Part shown: piece after piece, positions 47,039-57,342 of the stretch
How positions within the stretch are numbered: the stretch's first letter is position 1
Layout: each line of letters starts with the position of its first letter
NCBI GenBank assembly: GCA_016191955.1
Contig: JACPVC010000006.1
Coordinates: forward strand, 7,920-71,919
Origin: Chloroflexota bacterium
Lineage (GTDB): Bacteria; Chloroflexota; Anaerolineae; Anaerolineales; Villigracilaceae
Direction: 5' to 3'
DNA length: 64,000 bases
Translations under genes and position numbers: made by a program
Notes under the pieces: generated by a model
Seen by the model: the letters and a program-made list of their open reading frames with translations, nothing else
The model's database searches: none
Told to the model about the DNA's origin: nothing

Positions 47039-48213
47039 GTGAGAACCTCTCGTACCTGCTTTTCCATGAGCAGCAGGGTCTCTTTGGCGGTATGTTTTCC
47101 GGTCATGGCTTCCTGCACGCCAGCCCAGAGAATATCCTCGATCAACGGGTATTTTGCGAACTTCGGCGGCACCATGGCATATTGTGTAACCGTTTCTTCC
47201 AGAACAGCCATCCTTTTCGCATCGCGCCCGGATTGAGTTTTCTTTATCTTTTCAAAAATACTTTGCCGCACGGGGGTATGTCCGCCTGCGCTGGCTTCGA
47301 ACCATTGCACTTCAGGGCTGGTGAGGTATTTCGCCAGCGCCAAGCCGCCTTCGGGGTTGCGCGCGGCTTTGGGAATGGCAAAGGAATGTCCGCCAGCGTA
47401 GGATTTGCGAATCCCTGCCGGACCCGCAGGATAAACCGCCACATCGAATTGATCGTACACAGCGCAGGTTTCCCGTTTTTGATACAGCCCATAAAAGCCC
47501 GGGAAGTCACCCACCATCAACACATCCCCATCGCGGAAACGCCCGGAGATTTCATCGTAATACCAGTTCTCGATCAAATCTAGCGGGGTAACGTGCTCCA
47601 CCGAATGCAAGCGATGCAGAAAGTTCAACGCCCATTCACCGGCTTCGCTGTTGAAGATCGGGTTGAGTTCAACGTCAAACAAATCGCCGCCTGCCATACC
47701 AAGCAATTCGTAAAAGGTACCAAACAAGCCGGAATGCCGCCCAGGGAAGGCAAAGCCATAAAAGCCTTCGCGTCTGTATGTAGCCATTTGCAGGGCGGCT
47801 TCATCCCATGTTTGCGGGGCGTTGATCAGATCGGCGCGGTAAAAAAGTATTCGGGCGTCAAAGTTTCGGGGAAGCTGCATCAGCCTCTCCTGAGTCGGAT
47901 GCGTTCCTGTGGCAAAGCGGCATAACTCCATCACGCGCGGCACAAAGTCGCTTAATTCGTTCGCATCCACAAGTTCATCCAACGGGCGCAAATGTTCCGC
48001 CTGAGACGGGCAATACTTGGTGTGCGTGGAGATCATGTCATAACGACCGTTCTCCGTCCCAAGGTCTTTTGCCATGCGCTCGTTCAATTCAACGTGCGGC
48101 AGGCGCACATCCACGATGAGGCGATAGCCCGTTTGTTTTTCAAAAGCAGGAAGCATTTCGAGAAGACCGTCATATTGCGGTCCGCTGATGAGCGCGAGAT
48201 GTAATTCCTTCAT
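47035..48213 (-). CDS. Family-1 solute-binding-fold protein lacking a signal peptide
   Basis: LPRNFDARILFYRADL, PQTWDE, YAGGHSFAIPK. The ATG overlaps the upstream TAA (TAATG), so no N-terminal extension is possible. Confidence 0.8.
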   Translation of the reverse strand: MKELHLALISGPQYDGLLEMLPAFEKQTGYRLIVDVRLPHVELNERMAKDLGTENGRYDMISTHTKYCPSQAEHLRPLDELVDANELSDFVPRVMELCRFATGTHPTQERLMQLPRNFDARILFYRADLINAPQTWDEAALQMATYRREGFYGFAFPGRHSGLFGTFYELLGMAGGDLFDVELNPIFNSEAGEWALNFLHRLHSVEHVTPLDLIENWYYDEISGRFRDGDVLMVGDFPGFYGLYQKRETCAVYDQFDVAVYPAGPAGIRKSYAGGHSFAIPKAARNPEGGLALAKYLTSPEVQWFEASAGGHTPVRQSIFEKIKKTQSGRDAKRMAVLEETVTQYAMVPPKFAKYPLIEDILWAGVQEAMTGKHTAKETLLLMEKQVREVLT

Positions 48214-49184
48214 TAGAACATCGCCTCCACTGCATTCACAATGTCCGCGGTCTGCGGCAGGACTGAATCTTCGAGTGACTCTGCCATCGGAATTGGGACG
48301 TGTTTCGCTCCCAAGCGACGGGGCGGCATAATCAACGAATCTGGGGCTTGTTCATATACCCGGGCAATGATCTCCGCGCCCAAGCCGCAATTGTTGTGGG
48401 CTTCATGCACAACGAGTAGGCGCCCGGTCCCCTTTATCGATTCGAGAATCGTGGGCATATCCAGCGGTTCGATGGTTCTCAAATCAATCACCTCGGCTTC
48501 GATGCCTTTTTGCGCGAGGGTTTCTGCGGCTTCTAATGCAAATAACAAAGTACGGGAATAAGAGACAATCGTAATATCTCGCCCGTCGCGCTTGATCTCT
48601 GCCTTGCCGATCGGAATGGAATAATCCCCTTCGGGCACATCGCCTTTGGTGTTGTAAAGAAGTTTATGCTCGATGAAGATGACGGGATTTCCTGTACGCA
48701 TACTGCTCTTTAGCAAACCCTTTGCATCAGCAGGCGTGGAAGGCGCGACGACGATCAGCCCCGGCACCTGGGCAAACCAGGTCTCAAAAGATTGCGAATG
48801 TTGCGCGCCGTTGCCGCGTCCGCCGCCTTGTTGCGCGCGCACCACCATCGGGATGGACACCGTGCCGCCCGACATGTATCGCAGTTTCGCAGCTTGATTC
48901 ACGATCTGGTCGGCGGCGACCAATGCGAAATCCATGAATAATAATTCGACCACGGGGCGCATCCCAACCATCGCCGCGCCAATGCCCAAGCCCACAAAAC
49001 TGGATTCGCTGATGGGCGTATCGCGCACGCGGTCTACGCCGAATTCATCGATCAAGTCTTTCGTCACGCGAAAGATACCGCCATGATGACCGATATCCTC
49101 GCCCATCAAAAAGATGCGCGGGTCAACTTTCATTTCTTCACGAAGGGCTTCGTTCAAAGCCTGTACATACGTTATGTTTGGCAT
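48213..49184 (-). CDS. 2-oxoacid/acetoin dehydrogenase E1 beta subunit
   Basis: [42 protein letters not shown]. Confidence 0.93.
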   Translation of the reverse strand: MPNITYVQALNEALREEMKVDPRIFLMGEDIGHHGGIFRVTKDLIDEFGVDRVRDTPISESSFVGLGIGAAMVGMRPVVELLFMDFALVAADQIVNQAAKLRYMSGGTVSIPMVVRAQQGGGRGNGAQHSQSFETWFAQVPGLIVVAPSTPADAKGLLKSSMRTGNPVIFIEHKLLYNTKGDVPEGDYSIPIGKAEIKRDGRDITIVSYSRTLLFALEAAETLAQKGIEAEVIDLRTIEPLDMPTILESIKGTGRLLVVHEAHNNCGLGAEIIARVYEQAPDSLIMPPRRLGAKHVPIPMAESLEDSVLPQTADIVNAVEAMF

Positions 49185-49198
49185 GATTCATTCACCTA

Positions 49199-50155
49199 TC
49201 AAATAAATACATCTGTCAACGCATCGGCGGGCGGTGGGGCGGGGCTGGTTTCGGCAAATTCCAGCGCATCGGCAATCACGGCTTCAGCTTCTGCATCCAG
49301 ACGAGTCAAATCTGCATCACTACACCCAAGTTCAAGCAGGCGTTTGCCACAACGCACGATTGGTTCATTCTCTTTCGCCTTTGCCACTTCTTCTTTCGTG
49401 CGATAAATTTCAGGATCGCCCATCATGTGACCCCACAGCCGATACGTCATCGCTTCGATGTAAAACGGACCACCTCCCGCCCGTGCCTTGGCTGCCACTG
49501 TTTCGACGGTGTTATACACCGCCTCGACATCGTTCCCGTCAATTTGAACAGCCTTAAAGCCGAAGCCTTCTGCGCGTTTATAAGTCTCCACTACCGAGGT
49601 GGTTTCGTGCGAGGGCGACATTTCCGAATACAGATTGTTTTCACATACAAGGATGAGCGGTAATTTCCAAATGACGGCAAGGTTCAGGCTTTCAAGGAAT
49701 ACACCCTGGTTGACCGCCCCTTCTCCAAAATACGCGATGGCAACATTGTCCTTCTTTTGTAATCGCGAGGCGAGTGCCGCCCCTGCCGCGTGAGGGACTC
49801 CGCCTGCCACAATCGCATTGGCTCCCAGCAACCCAACCGAAGGGTCGGTAAAGTGCATCGAACCGCCTTTGCCTTTGGAGCAACCTGCTGCCTTGCCCAG
49901 CATTTCCGCCATCGCCGCGCGGACGCTTAATCCCTTCGCAATCGCCTGACCATGCCCGCGATAGGTGCATGTCAGATAATCATCCTGTCGCAGCGCCCAA
50001 CAGCCGCCCACGGCGGTCGCTTCCTGCCCGACACAGGGATGGAACGATCCGCGAATCTTTCCCTGCTGATACAAACTACGAATGGCTTCTTCGAATTTTC
50101 GGATTACAAGCATCTGCCGATAGGCATCTTGCAATCGTTCAGGTGTCAAAGGCAT
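49199..50155 (-). CDS. 2-oxoacid/acetoin dehydrogenase E1 alpha subunit
   Basis: GQEA, TYRGHG, GKGGSMH; TPP motif GEGA..CENN; TYRLWGH. Confidence 0.93.
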   Translation of the reverse strand: MPLTPERLQDAYRQMLVIRKFEEAIRSLYQQGKIRGSFHPCVGQEATAVGGCWALRQDDYLTCTYRGHGQAIAKGLSVRAAMAEMLGKAAGCSKGKGGSMHFTDPSVGLLGANAIVAGGVPHAAGAALASRLQKKDNVAIAYFGEGAVNQGVFLESLNLAVIWKLPLILVCENNLYSEMSPSHETTSVVETYKRAEGFGFKAVQIDGNDVEAVYNTVETVAAKARAGGGPFYIEAMTYRLWGHMMGDPEIYRTKEEVAKAKENEPIVRCGKRLLELGCSDADLTRLDAEAEAVIADALEFAETSPAPPPADALTDVFI

Positions 50156-50306
50156 GTAACCATCTCCTAATTCAATAAATAATGTTGCGCAGTGCGCCGC
50201 ATATCATCCCTTGTGGGACCGAACGGGTCAGAGTAATCAGTAAACCGGCGAATCTACTCGTAAGACTCGTCTGTTTCTGGCTGGTGCGACGCACCCTCCT
50301 TATAGT

Positions 50307-51401
50307 CTATGCTGTGATCTCCAACGGATTCACACTGCGCCCTTCATTCATCGAACGATAGGCGGCTTCCACAACCCGCAAGGTGCCGAGGTTGTCTCTT
50401 GCAGACGTAACAGGCTCACTGCCGGTTTGAATCGCTTCCATTAGAGAAGCCATGGGTCCGTAAAAGGCATCCGGTATCCATTTGCCTGGCAGGGTGGCTG
50501 AAAAATTTTGTTCCAAATGTTCCCGGCTGGTAAAGGTCAATGTGTCATTGCGTCCATCGGGGTAATCGTAGTTTGTGCCAATCGTCCCTTCGATCACGCC
50601 GTCTGTGCCGAGGACGCGGAAATTCGAATAAAGCGCGGGAGACCAATCGTAGTGGCAGATGGCGATCAGAATTTGCATCCCATTTGAATATTCCCAAGTG
50701 GTTATTGTTTTTGTCTCTCCCTTTGCTTTCTGCGCTGGATTCTTTGCATGGCGGCTCGTAACCAGTGCAGGCTCGCCGAAGAGATAACGCAGAGAGTCAA
50801 GATAATGAATGGAATGGAACATGACTTCAAGACGCGGCTGATTTGCGATCCAGGGCCACATGTCCCAGGGGGTGTGAATGCTCACTTGAACCTGCGCATC
50901 GAGAATGTCGCCCAGCCAGCCTTCATTCATGAGAGCGCGTGCGGCTTGAATGATGGAACTCCAACGAAATTGCTGTTGGACCGCCATCTTCAACCCGGCT
51001 TGCTGAGCAAGATTTGTCATCTCCACCGCTTGCGCATAATTCGTGGAAAAAGGTTTCTGGCAAAGCAATGGCTTTCCCGCAGCAATCACCGTTCTGGCAA
51101 TATTCCATTGATCTTCCGGCAGAACGGCAATATCCACGATCTCAACCGCAGGGTCAGCCAGTATTTCATCGAGCGACTTGAATACTTTTTTCATGTCGTG
51201 AGTTTGAACCGTTTTTTCAGCCGTTTCCTGATTGATGTCGTACCCACCAATTAGATTGAAGCCACTTGCTCGGTAGGAGGGGATGTGGCCATAATTCACG
51301 ATCCCGCCACAGCCGACGAAAGCGATGCCATAATCTGTTTTCGGGGGCAGTTTCCGCGTCAATGCTTTTTGAATAAACAGAGGGATTGAGTCACTTGTCA
51401 T
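50307..51401 (-). CDS. Gfo/Idh/MocA-family oxidoreductase
   Basis: FVGCGGIV, LCQKPFS, HSIHYLDSLRYLFG. Confidence 0.9.
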   Translation of the reverse strand: MTSDSIPLFIQKALTRKLPPKTDYGIAFVGCGGIVNYGHIPSYRASGFNLIGGYDINQETAEKTVQTHDMKKVFKSLDEILADPAVEIVDIAVLPEDQWNIARTVIAAGKPLLCQKPFSTNYAQAVEMTNLAQQAGLKMAVQQQFRWSSIIQAARALMNEGWLGDILDAQVQVSIHTPWDMWPWIANQPRLEVMFHSIHYLDSLRYLFGEPALVTSRHAKNPAQKAKGETKTITTWEYSNGMQILIAICHYDWSPALYSNFRVLGTDGVIEGTIGTNYDYPDGRNDTLTFTSREHLEQNFSATLPGKWIPDAFYGPMASLMEAIQTGSEPVTSARDNLGTLRVVEAAYRSMNEGRSVNPLEITA

Positions 51402-51405
51402 GTGA

Positions 51406-52434
51406 TTAACCCTTGACCGCGCCGATCAACAACCCGCGGGTGATATAACGTTCCAGAATGATGGCGATCACGATCACGGGAACGATCATGATCAAGATCA
51501 ATACGGACATGTTCCACCATTGCGGTCCGCGTGTGGCGTTTTGCGCGGCAATGGTCAGCGGCAATGTTTGCACCTTGGCACTGGAGAGGAACAAAGCCAG
51601 CAGATATTCATTCCAGGTAAAGACCAGGACAAATAAAAAGGTGGCAACCAGCCCCGGTACTGCAAGCGGTAGCACAATGGACCAGAAGATACGATATCGC
51701 GAAGCGCCATCAATCGAGGCGCATTCCTCCAACTCAATGGGAATGTTGCTGATGTAATCGCGCATCAACCAGATGACGATAGGCAGGTTGCTGGCGACAT
51801 AGGTGATGATCAATGCCGTGTAGGTGTCGAGCAGGTGCAATTGCTGAAAGATGAGATAGATCGGAATGACCACTGCGATGGGCGGGAGCATACGCTGTGA
51901 GATCATCCAAAAGGCGATGTCGTTGTTCCCAAGCGCGCGTTTGAAACGGCGTCCAATGGTTTGCAGGAGAATAAAGAATAAAACAAAGGAAACGACAAGT
52001 GCAATCTGCCATGTTAGACCTGCCGAGACCAACAGGATGCTTAAGATGACACAGCCGATAAAGGTTAATATTGCCCCCACCCGCGGACGATATTCAAAAC
52101 GAACCAGCGCATAGGCTGCAGTTGCGCCGAAGATCAAAGCCAGCAAGGCGCTGATGGGCGCGACGATGGCGGTGTTTGTGAAATTTCGGATGGTATCCTT
52201 GCTGAGATCTCCCACCAGAATATATTTCCAGGCATCCAGGGTGGGTTTGAAATCCACAAATGGGATGTAAAAGGGACCTTCATTGACCTGGCCAGAATTT
52301 TTGAACGAGGTGACTATCAGCCAGTACAGCGGAAACAGGATCAAAACCGCCCAGAACCCCAATACCAAATAAGAGAGGATCGCACCCACCGGCGAGGGGG
52401 TATTGATCGATTTGCTTTGAAACCAACGCTTCAT
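51406..52434 (-). CDS. Carbohydrate ABC permease (MalG-like) with extra TM insert
   Basis: IPIELEECASIDGASR, FVFTWNEYL-type motif. Confidence 0.9.
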   Translation of the reverse strand: MKRWFQSKSINTPSPVGAILSYLVLGFWAVLILFPLYWLIVTSFKNSGQVNEGPFYIPFVDFKPTLDAWKYILVGDLSKDTIRNFTNTAIVAPISALLALIFGATAAYALVRFEYRPRVGAILTFIGCVILSILLVSAGLTWQIALVVSFVLFFILLQTIGRRFKRALGNNDIAFWMISQRMLPPIAVVIPIYLIFQQLHLLDTYTALIITYVASNLPIVIWLMRDYISNIPIELEECASIDGASRYRIFWSIVLPLAVPGLVATFLFVLVFTWNEYLLALFLSSAKVQTLPLTIAAQNATRGPQWWNMSVLILIMIVPVIVIAIILERYITRGLLIGAVKG

Positions 52435-52464
52435 AAATTCTGCTCCGATACCGATAGGGGTTTG

Positions 52465-53601
52465 CTAAAGTGTTTCCACGGTTTGTTGACGAATCAAATT
52501 AACAAAGATCATGCTGAAAAATGTCACCAAGAATAGCAGCATGTAAGCCACTGCCGCCGATGCGCCCAGGTCGAGGGCGCGCCAGTTGATATAGGCATGG
52601 TAGGTGAGTGATTGAGTGGCTGTTCCCGGACCGCCATTGGTCATCACGTTGGGCAGGTCTACGATTTTGAAGGCTTCGATCAGGCGGATCAAGATCAGGG
52701 TCATGCTGACGGGAATAATCGAGGGCCAGGTGATGTGTCGAAAAATCTGCCAGGAATTAGCTCCGTCTACGGTGGCGGCTTCGATGGGTTCGGTTGGCTG
52801 GCTTTCCAATGCGGCGACCAGCACGATGAACATAAATGGCGTCCATTGCCAGATATCGCCGATCAGAATGGCGGTTCGTGCGCTCCAGGGGTTATTCACC
52901 CATGAAAAATCGGTTAGCCCAAACGCCTGCCAGATCGGAGTGAATGGTCCCTTACTGGTGTCGGTCAACATCCGAAACATATATGCGACTCCCACCGGTG
53001 TAATCATCATGGGCAGAAGGAAAATGACACGGAAGAAACGCCGCCCGGGCAGGTTTTGCACGGTGAGAAGCGCCAACCCCAATCCCAAAATGTATTGAAA
53101 AAAGATGCCTACAAAAACATAAACGAGGGTGATGCTTGCTGTCCCCAATCGGCCGCCGTTCCATAAGGTGTGAACCAGCATCCAGGATGACAGCCCCAGC
53201 CCAAGGGTTAGCATGAGGCGCCCGATGAGTCCGCCAATGGAAATTCTGGCGTTCAAAAAATATCGAGCCAGAAAAATAGCCAGCGCAATGACGATCAAAC
53301 CAAACACGGTCCAGGTTAGCGGGGTGTTGGGAGCGAATTCTCCCAGGAAGTGTGTTCCTTCGGAACCGGTGAATAAATCTTTGTAATTTTTTAGCCCAAC
53401 AAATGTGAGCTTGAAACCTCCCAGGGCAATATCGAATTTTGTCAGCGATACATACAGGGAGGCGATCAATGGGAAGATGGACAGGAATAAAAGAGCCAGG
53501 ACGGTGGGCAATAAAAATATGGTTCCTACCAGCCGATCGGCGGTGCCTGAAATAATGGTATGAAGGCGTGCGGGTTGAGTCTCGTCGTTTCTCGTGTCCA
53601 T
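52465..53601 (-). CDS. Carbohydrate ABC permease (MalF-like)
   Basis: WQWTPFMF, EAATVDGANSWQIFRHIT, TNGGPGTAT. Confidence 0.9.
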   Translation of the reverse strand: MDTRNDETQPARLHTIISGTADRLVGTIFLLPTVLALLFLSIFPLIASLYVSLTKFDIALGGFKLTFVGLKNYKDLFTGSEGTHFLGEFAPNTPLTWTVFGLIVIALAIFLARYFLNARISIGGLIGRLMLTLGLGLSSWMLVHTLWNGGRLGTASITLVYVFVGIFFQYILGLGLALLTVQNLPGRRFFRVIFLLPMMITPVGVAYMFRMLTDTSKGPFTPIWQAFGLTDFSWVNNPWSARTAILIGDIWQWTPFMFIVLVAALESQPTEPIEAATVDGANSWQIFRHITWPSIIPVSMTLILIRLIEAFKIVDLPNVMTNGGPGTATQSLTYHAYINWRALDLGASAAVAYMLLFLVTFFSMIFVNLIRQQTVETL

Positions 53602-53622
53602 GAATAGTCATCCAGTAGAAGG

Positions 53623-53657
53623 CTCAATGCCCAACCCAATTTGAATTGGGCATTGAG
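53623..53657 (-). terminator. Stem-loop between the binding-protein and permease genes
   Basis: 12-bp stem CTCAATGCCCAA / TTGGGCATTGAG. Confidence 0.45.
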
Positions 53658-53684
53658 TGTTTGGGTTCAACTTATACGATGGGG

Positions 53685-55235
53685 TTACTTTTGTCCAAGG
53701 GTACCCTTGTAGAAGGTAAGTTGCGCTTCACGGTCGGCTTCCTCTGTGATCGCTTCCCAGGAGTCGTATAGCTGTTGCGCGGCTTCGTCGGTGGTGAGGT
53801 TTCCAGCGATATATTCGGCAAGGATGCGGTCAAGTTCTACCTGAATATATTCGTGGTTCTTGGGAATACGCAGATCGGCAGCCATGTTGGGACTGTTCAA
53901 GCTCTGTTCGATGCCGCTCAAGTATTGTTCGGCAGCAACCTGGCTAAAGCCTGCGTCGACCCAAGCCTGCTTGTTCTCGAATTGGGAAATACGGAAGGGG
54001 TTGTAACCGGTTTTCCCAACGACCACATCTGCATTGGATTGTGCAGGTTGAGCCATGTAAGAGAAGAAGGCGTAGGTGGCATCTTTCTGCTTTTGATCCA
54101 CAGCCGCGTTGACTGCGCCAGCCCAACCGCCGAAAGAGGCGAAGGGGGCATGATTCACGCCGTCAACTGCGTAGGGGCAGGTTGTGGCGTCACAGGCGAC
54201 GAGTTTACCGGTCTCCCAATCGAGAACTTCGGTTGAACCCGGATTCTGGATTGCGCCTGTCTTGTCCACCACCTTTGAGTTTTCGGCATCAATGGCGAGC
54301 GGACCAATATCGCCCCAGTCCATGGTGAGGGCACAGCGACCGGAGAGGAACAAACCGCGAGAATCGCCTACGCCCTGGTTGGTTTCATCGGGGGGACCAT
54401 ACAGACCTGTTTCCTTGTACACTTCCAAGGCGCGTTTGAAGGCTTCATTGTTGACAAGTGGGGTCATATCCTTGGTGTTGAAGAACGGTCCCTGGTTGCT
54501 GCCCTGGCTTTGAATATAGGGCGCCGCAATGGACCAAATCCACCAATACGATTGCTGACCGGGAGCCTTGGAGATACAGGAACCGTAATCGCCTTCGCCG
54601 TCACCATTCAGGTCTTTGCCGTGCAGAGCCTTCGCTACTGCCAAATAGTCATCCCATGTTTTGGGAGGTTCGAGACCCGCTTCTTCCAGAGAGTCGATGC
54701 GATAATAGACCATGTGCATATCGCCATCGAGCGGAATGCTGTAGACCTTGCCACCGTAGGAGTTGAAGTCGCGGAAGAATGGTGCAACATCGTCCCACTC
54801 CAAAGCCGCATCTTTCTCGACATAGGGAGTCAGGTCTTCGATCAAACCAGCGGGGGCAAAGTCCACAATCCAGCTTGGCGCAAAGAGATAACCATCATAG
54901 GAGTTTGTACCGGAAACGGCGTCGGTCAACACCTTTTGATATAACTCACTATTGGGGACGGTAATGATGTTGACCGTGGCTCCCGTAAGGGCGGTGAAAT
55001 CGGGTCCGCGGCGCTGGAGCGGTTCGGCAACTTGAGGACCTACAAAGGTGAGAATGTCAATGGTCACTCCTTCGTACATCTTGTCTGCGGTTTCAGTTGC
55101 AGGGGCCTCGGTTGCCTCAGGAGCATCTGTCGCAGCTTCGGGCGCTGTGGTTGCGGGTGTTCCGCAGGATGCCATGAGTACGCTGGAGACGATCATTAAA
55201 CTTAATAGTTTCAATAGCACGTTCTTGCTTTTCAT
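53685..55235 (-). CDS. Carbohydrate ABC substrate-binding lipoprotein (family 1)
   Basis: Lipobox MASC; PEAATDA linker; PLDGDMHMVYYR, PPKTWDDY, APFASFGGW; SD AAGGAGAG. Confidence 0.92.
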   Translation of the reverse strand: MKSKNVLLKLLSLMIVSSVLMASCGTPATTAPEAATDAPEATEAPATETADKMYEGVTIDILTFVGPQVAEPLQRRGPDFTALTGATVNIITVPNSELYQKVLTDAVSGTNSYDGYLFAPSWIVDFAPAGLIEDLTPYVEKDAALEWDDVAPFFRDFNSYGGKVYSIPLDGDMHMVYYRIDSLEEAGLEPPKTWDDYLAVAKALHGKDLNGDGEGDYGSCISKAPGQQSYWWIWSIAAPYIQSQGSNQGPFFNTKDMTPLVNNEAFKRALEVYKETGLYGPPDETNQGVGDSRGLFLSGRCALTMDWGDIGPLAIDAENSKVVDKTGAIQNPGSTEVLDWETGKLVACDATTCPYAVDGVNHAPFASFGGWAGAVNAAVDQKQKDATYAFFSYMAQPAQSNADVVVGKTGYNPFRISQFENKQAWVDAGFSQVAAEQYLSGIEQSLNSPNMAADLRIPKNHEYIQVELDRILAEYIAGNLTTDEAAQQLYDSWEAITEEADREAQLTFYKGTLGQK

Positions 55236-55425
55236 GGATTAGTCTCTCCTTCTTGACGAATTAATAGTTGATCTGTTACTGAGGAAATCGTTTACAATTG
55301 GAATAAGCGGTACATACCATCAAGTCAATAGGCTATTTCCTTTCTATACAGAAATGATCACCAGCGTCCAGCGGGTTCGTGTCTGCGGCAAGGATTTAAG
55401 CTTAGGGTGTGTGCCGCTTTCTTAT

Positions 55426-55773
55426 TCAGCCAAGTGGAGGAGTAAAAAAGGTCAATAGTTGAACCATCGTTTGACCTTCATTCCGCAAAGCATGTTCCAA
55501 ACCAATCGGAATGGCAATGATTTGCCCATTCCGAAAAGGTATATCGGTCTGATCCAAAGTCAGAACGGCGTCGCCGCTCACGACCCAGATCGTTTCGACT
55601 TGTTGCGCATGGTGGTGGCGTCCGATCACGCCGCCGGAAGGAACTTGCACTACATTGACATTTGCCAGAGGGTTATCCTCTGTAGTCAGCAGGTTCTTCC
55701 AATAAATACCGGGAAAACGAACATGTTCCTGCCATTCTCCGGCGTTGAGGTCGGCGAGACGGGGGAGAGGCAT
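55426..55773 (-). CDS. Cupin-domain protein
   Basis: ATG 55773 overlaps the SDR stop; HHHAQQVETIWVVSG and PIGLEHAL cupin motifs. Confidence 0.85.
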   Translation of the reverse strand: MPLPRLADLNAGEWQEHVRFPGIYWKNLLTTEDNPLANVNVVQVPSGGVIGRHHHAQQVETIWVVSGDAVLTLDQTDIPFRNGQIIAIPIGLEHALRNEGQTMVQLLTFFTPPLG

Positions 55774-56531
55774 CAATTCATTTCCATTCCACCGTCTACA
55801 TTCAGCGCCTGACCCGTGATATATGCCGCATCTGGAGAGCACAAAAACGAAACGGCTCCGGCAACATCTTCAGCCTTTTCCAACCTGCCCAGGGGGATTT
55901 TTGCCGCCATGCGAGCCAATGATTCTTCCGGTGTGATGCCAAGAGTTTTTGCCCTGACTTCATGGATGGCCGTTGTCATAGGTGTGTCTACCACGCCTGG
56001 ACAGACTGAATTGACTGTAATTCCATGCGAAGCAAAAGCGAGCGCAGCCGATTGCGTAAGGCTGATCACACCGCATTTTGCAGCGGCGTAATGCGGCTGG
56101 TCTGGGCGACCCGAACGACCGGAGATGGAAGATAGGTTTACGATGCGCCCGCCGCTCTGCATACGTTTGGCTGCAAATTGGATCGCGAAGAAAACTGTCT
56201 TGAGATTAAGAGTCATGATCGCGTCCCATTCCTGCTCGGTGATGTCAAGAAATGGATTGATGAGCACGCGACCCGCATTGTTGACCAGTACGCTCAATGA
56301 TCCCCATTCGGCGGAACGATTGATCGCGGTTTGAATATCGTCGAGCTTGGTAAGGTCGGCTTGCAATGCCAGCGCCTGACCTCCCTGAGTTTCAATTTCT
56401 TTTTTAACTTCATTCAATGTGGTTGTATTAATATCCACAAGCGCGACTGCAAAGCCATCTTTAGACAATCGGCTTGCAATTGCCCTGCCGATTCCCTGCG
56501 CTGCGCCCGTAATAACAGCTACTTTTTTCAT
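55773..56531 (-). CDS. SDR oxidoreductase (acetoin-reductase/polyol-dehydrogenase-like)
   Basis: TGAAQGIG, VNNAG, YAAAK, NSVCPGVVDTPM. Confidence 0.9.
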   Translation of the reverse strand: MKKVAVITGAAQGIGRAIASRLSKDGFAVALVDINTTTLNEVKKEIETQGGQALALQADLTKLDDIQTAINRSAEWGSLSVLVNNAGRVLINPFLDITEQEWDAIMTLNLKTVFFAIQFAAKRMQSGGRIVNLSSISGRSGRPDQPHYAAAKCGVISLTQSAALAFASHGITVNSVCPGVVDTPMTTAIHEVRAKTLGITPEESLARMAAKIPLGRLEKAEDVAGAVSFLCSPDAAYITGQALNVDGGMEMN

Positions 56532-57298
56532 AACTTTTTATCCTTTTGCGCCTGCGAAATATCCTCCAAAACGTTTCGCGAAAAGGCGAGATGCTTCGCC
56601 ATCGCCTGGCGCGCCTCTTCGGCATCCCCGCTTTCCACAGCCGCAACAATCGCTTCGTGCTGGTCGAGCACCACGCTAACCGGGCGCGGAAAATCCTCCC
56701 ACGTTAGGATGATCTGATCGCGCAACTGATTAATCAAGGGCGCCAAAAGCACCTTGAATAATTCGTTTTGCGTGGCTTCTGCCAGGGTGACATGTAGGCG
56801 AAAATCCAATTCAGCCATCTGCTTTGACGTGTTATCGCCTTCTCGCATCTCTTTGCAAATTTTGCGGAGCTGCTTCTTTTGCTCTGTTGAAATCCTGTTG
56901 GCGGCAAGGGCAACCATCTCCACTTCCAATACTTGTCGCACTTCATTTAAGCGAATCTCGAAATCCTCAAGGTTCGTAAGCTGCATATAGGTTTTTAATG
57001 ACTGCGAAACCATGTTGAAATCGGCGTGCCGAACCGAAACCCCGCTGCCCGTCGTCGACTCAAGCACCCCTCGCGCTTCCAATGCTTTGACTGCCTCGCG
57101 CACAACCGTACGGCTGACGCCAAATGCTTCAGACAGTTCGCGTTCTGGGGGTAGGCGGAAGCCTGGCTTCCATGCCCCGCTTGAAATCAGCTCCAATACC
57201 TTGTCTACAACCCGTTCATAGAGACGTTGTTCACGTTCAAGGGGCTCGATTGCTGCGCTTTCTGGGATTGGATTGAGATTTGTTGGTTCGTCAGACAT
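56528..57298 (-). CDS. GntR-family, FadR-subfamily transcriptional regulator
   Basis: LPPERELSEAFGVSRTVVREA; FCD domain DFRLH, QHEAIV, MAKHL. Confidence 0.94.
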   Translation of the reverse strand: MSDEPTNLNPIPESAAIEPLEREQRLYERVVDKVLELISSGAWKPGFRLPPERELSEAFGVSRTVVREAVKALEARGVLESTTGSGVSVRHADFNMVSQSLKTYMQLTNLEDFEIRLNEVRQVLEVEMVALAANRISTEQKKQLRKICKEMREGDNTSKQMAELDFRLHVTLAEATQNELFKVLLAPLINQLRDQIILTWEDFPRPVSVVLDQHEAIVAAVESGDAEEARQAMAKHLAFSRNVLEDISQAQKDKKL

Positions 57299-57342
57299 TG
57301 ATAATCCTGTGAATTTGTATCTGTATTATGGAATTCTATATT

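Noticed and set aside
49199-50155. GEG instead of GDG in the TPP motif as a sign of inactivity
   Set aside because: GEG occurs in active branched-chain 2-oxoacid dehydrogenase E1alpha subunits.
50180-50300. Weak GTGCG..CGCAC inverted matches (and GACAGGCTCAG near 26070) as further repeat copies
   Set aside because: Too degenerate to support without genome-wide consensus sequences.
51406-55235. Sugar ABC system lacking an ATPase gene
   Set aside because: CUT1 systems commonly share an MsmK/MsmX-type ATPase encoded elsewhere.
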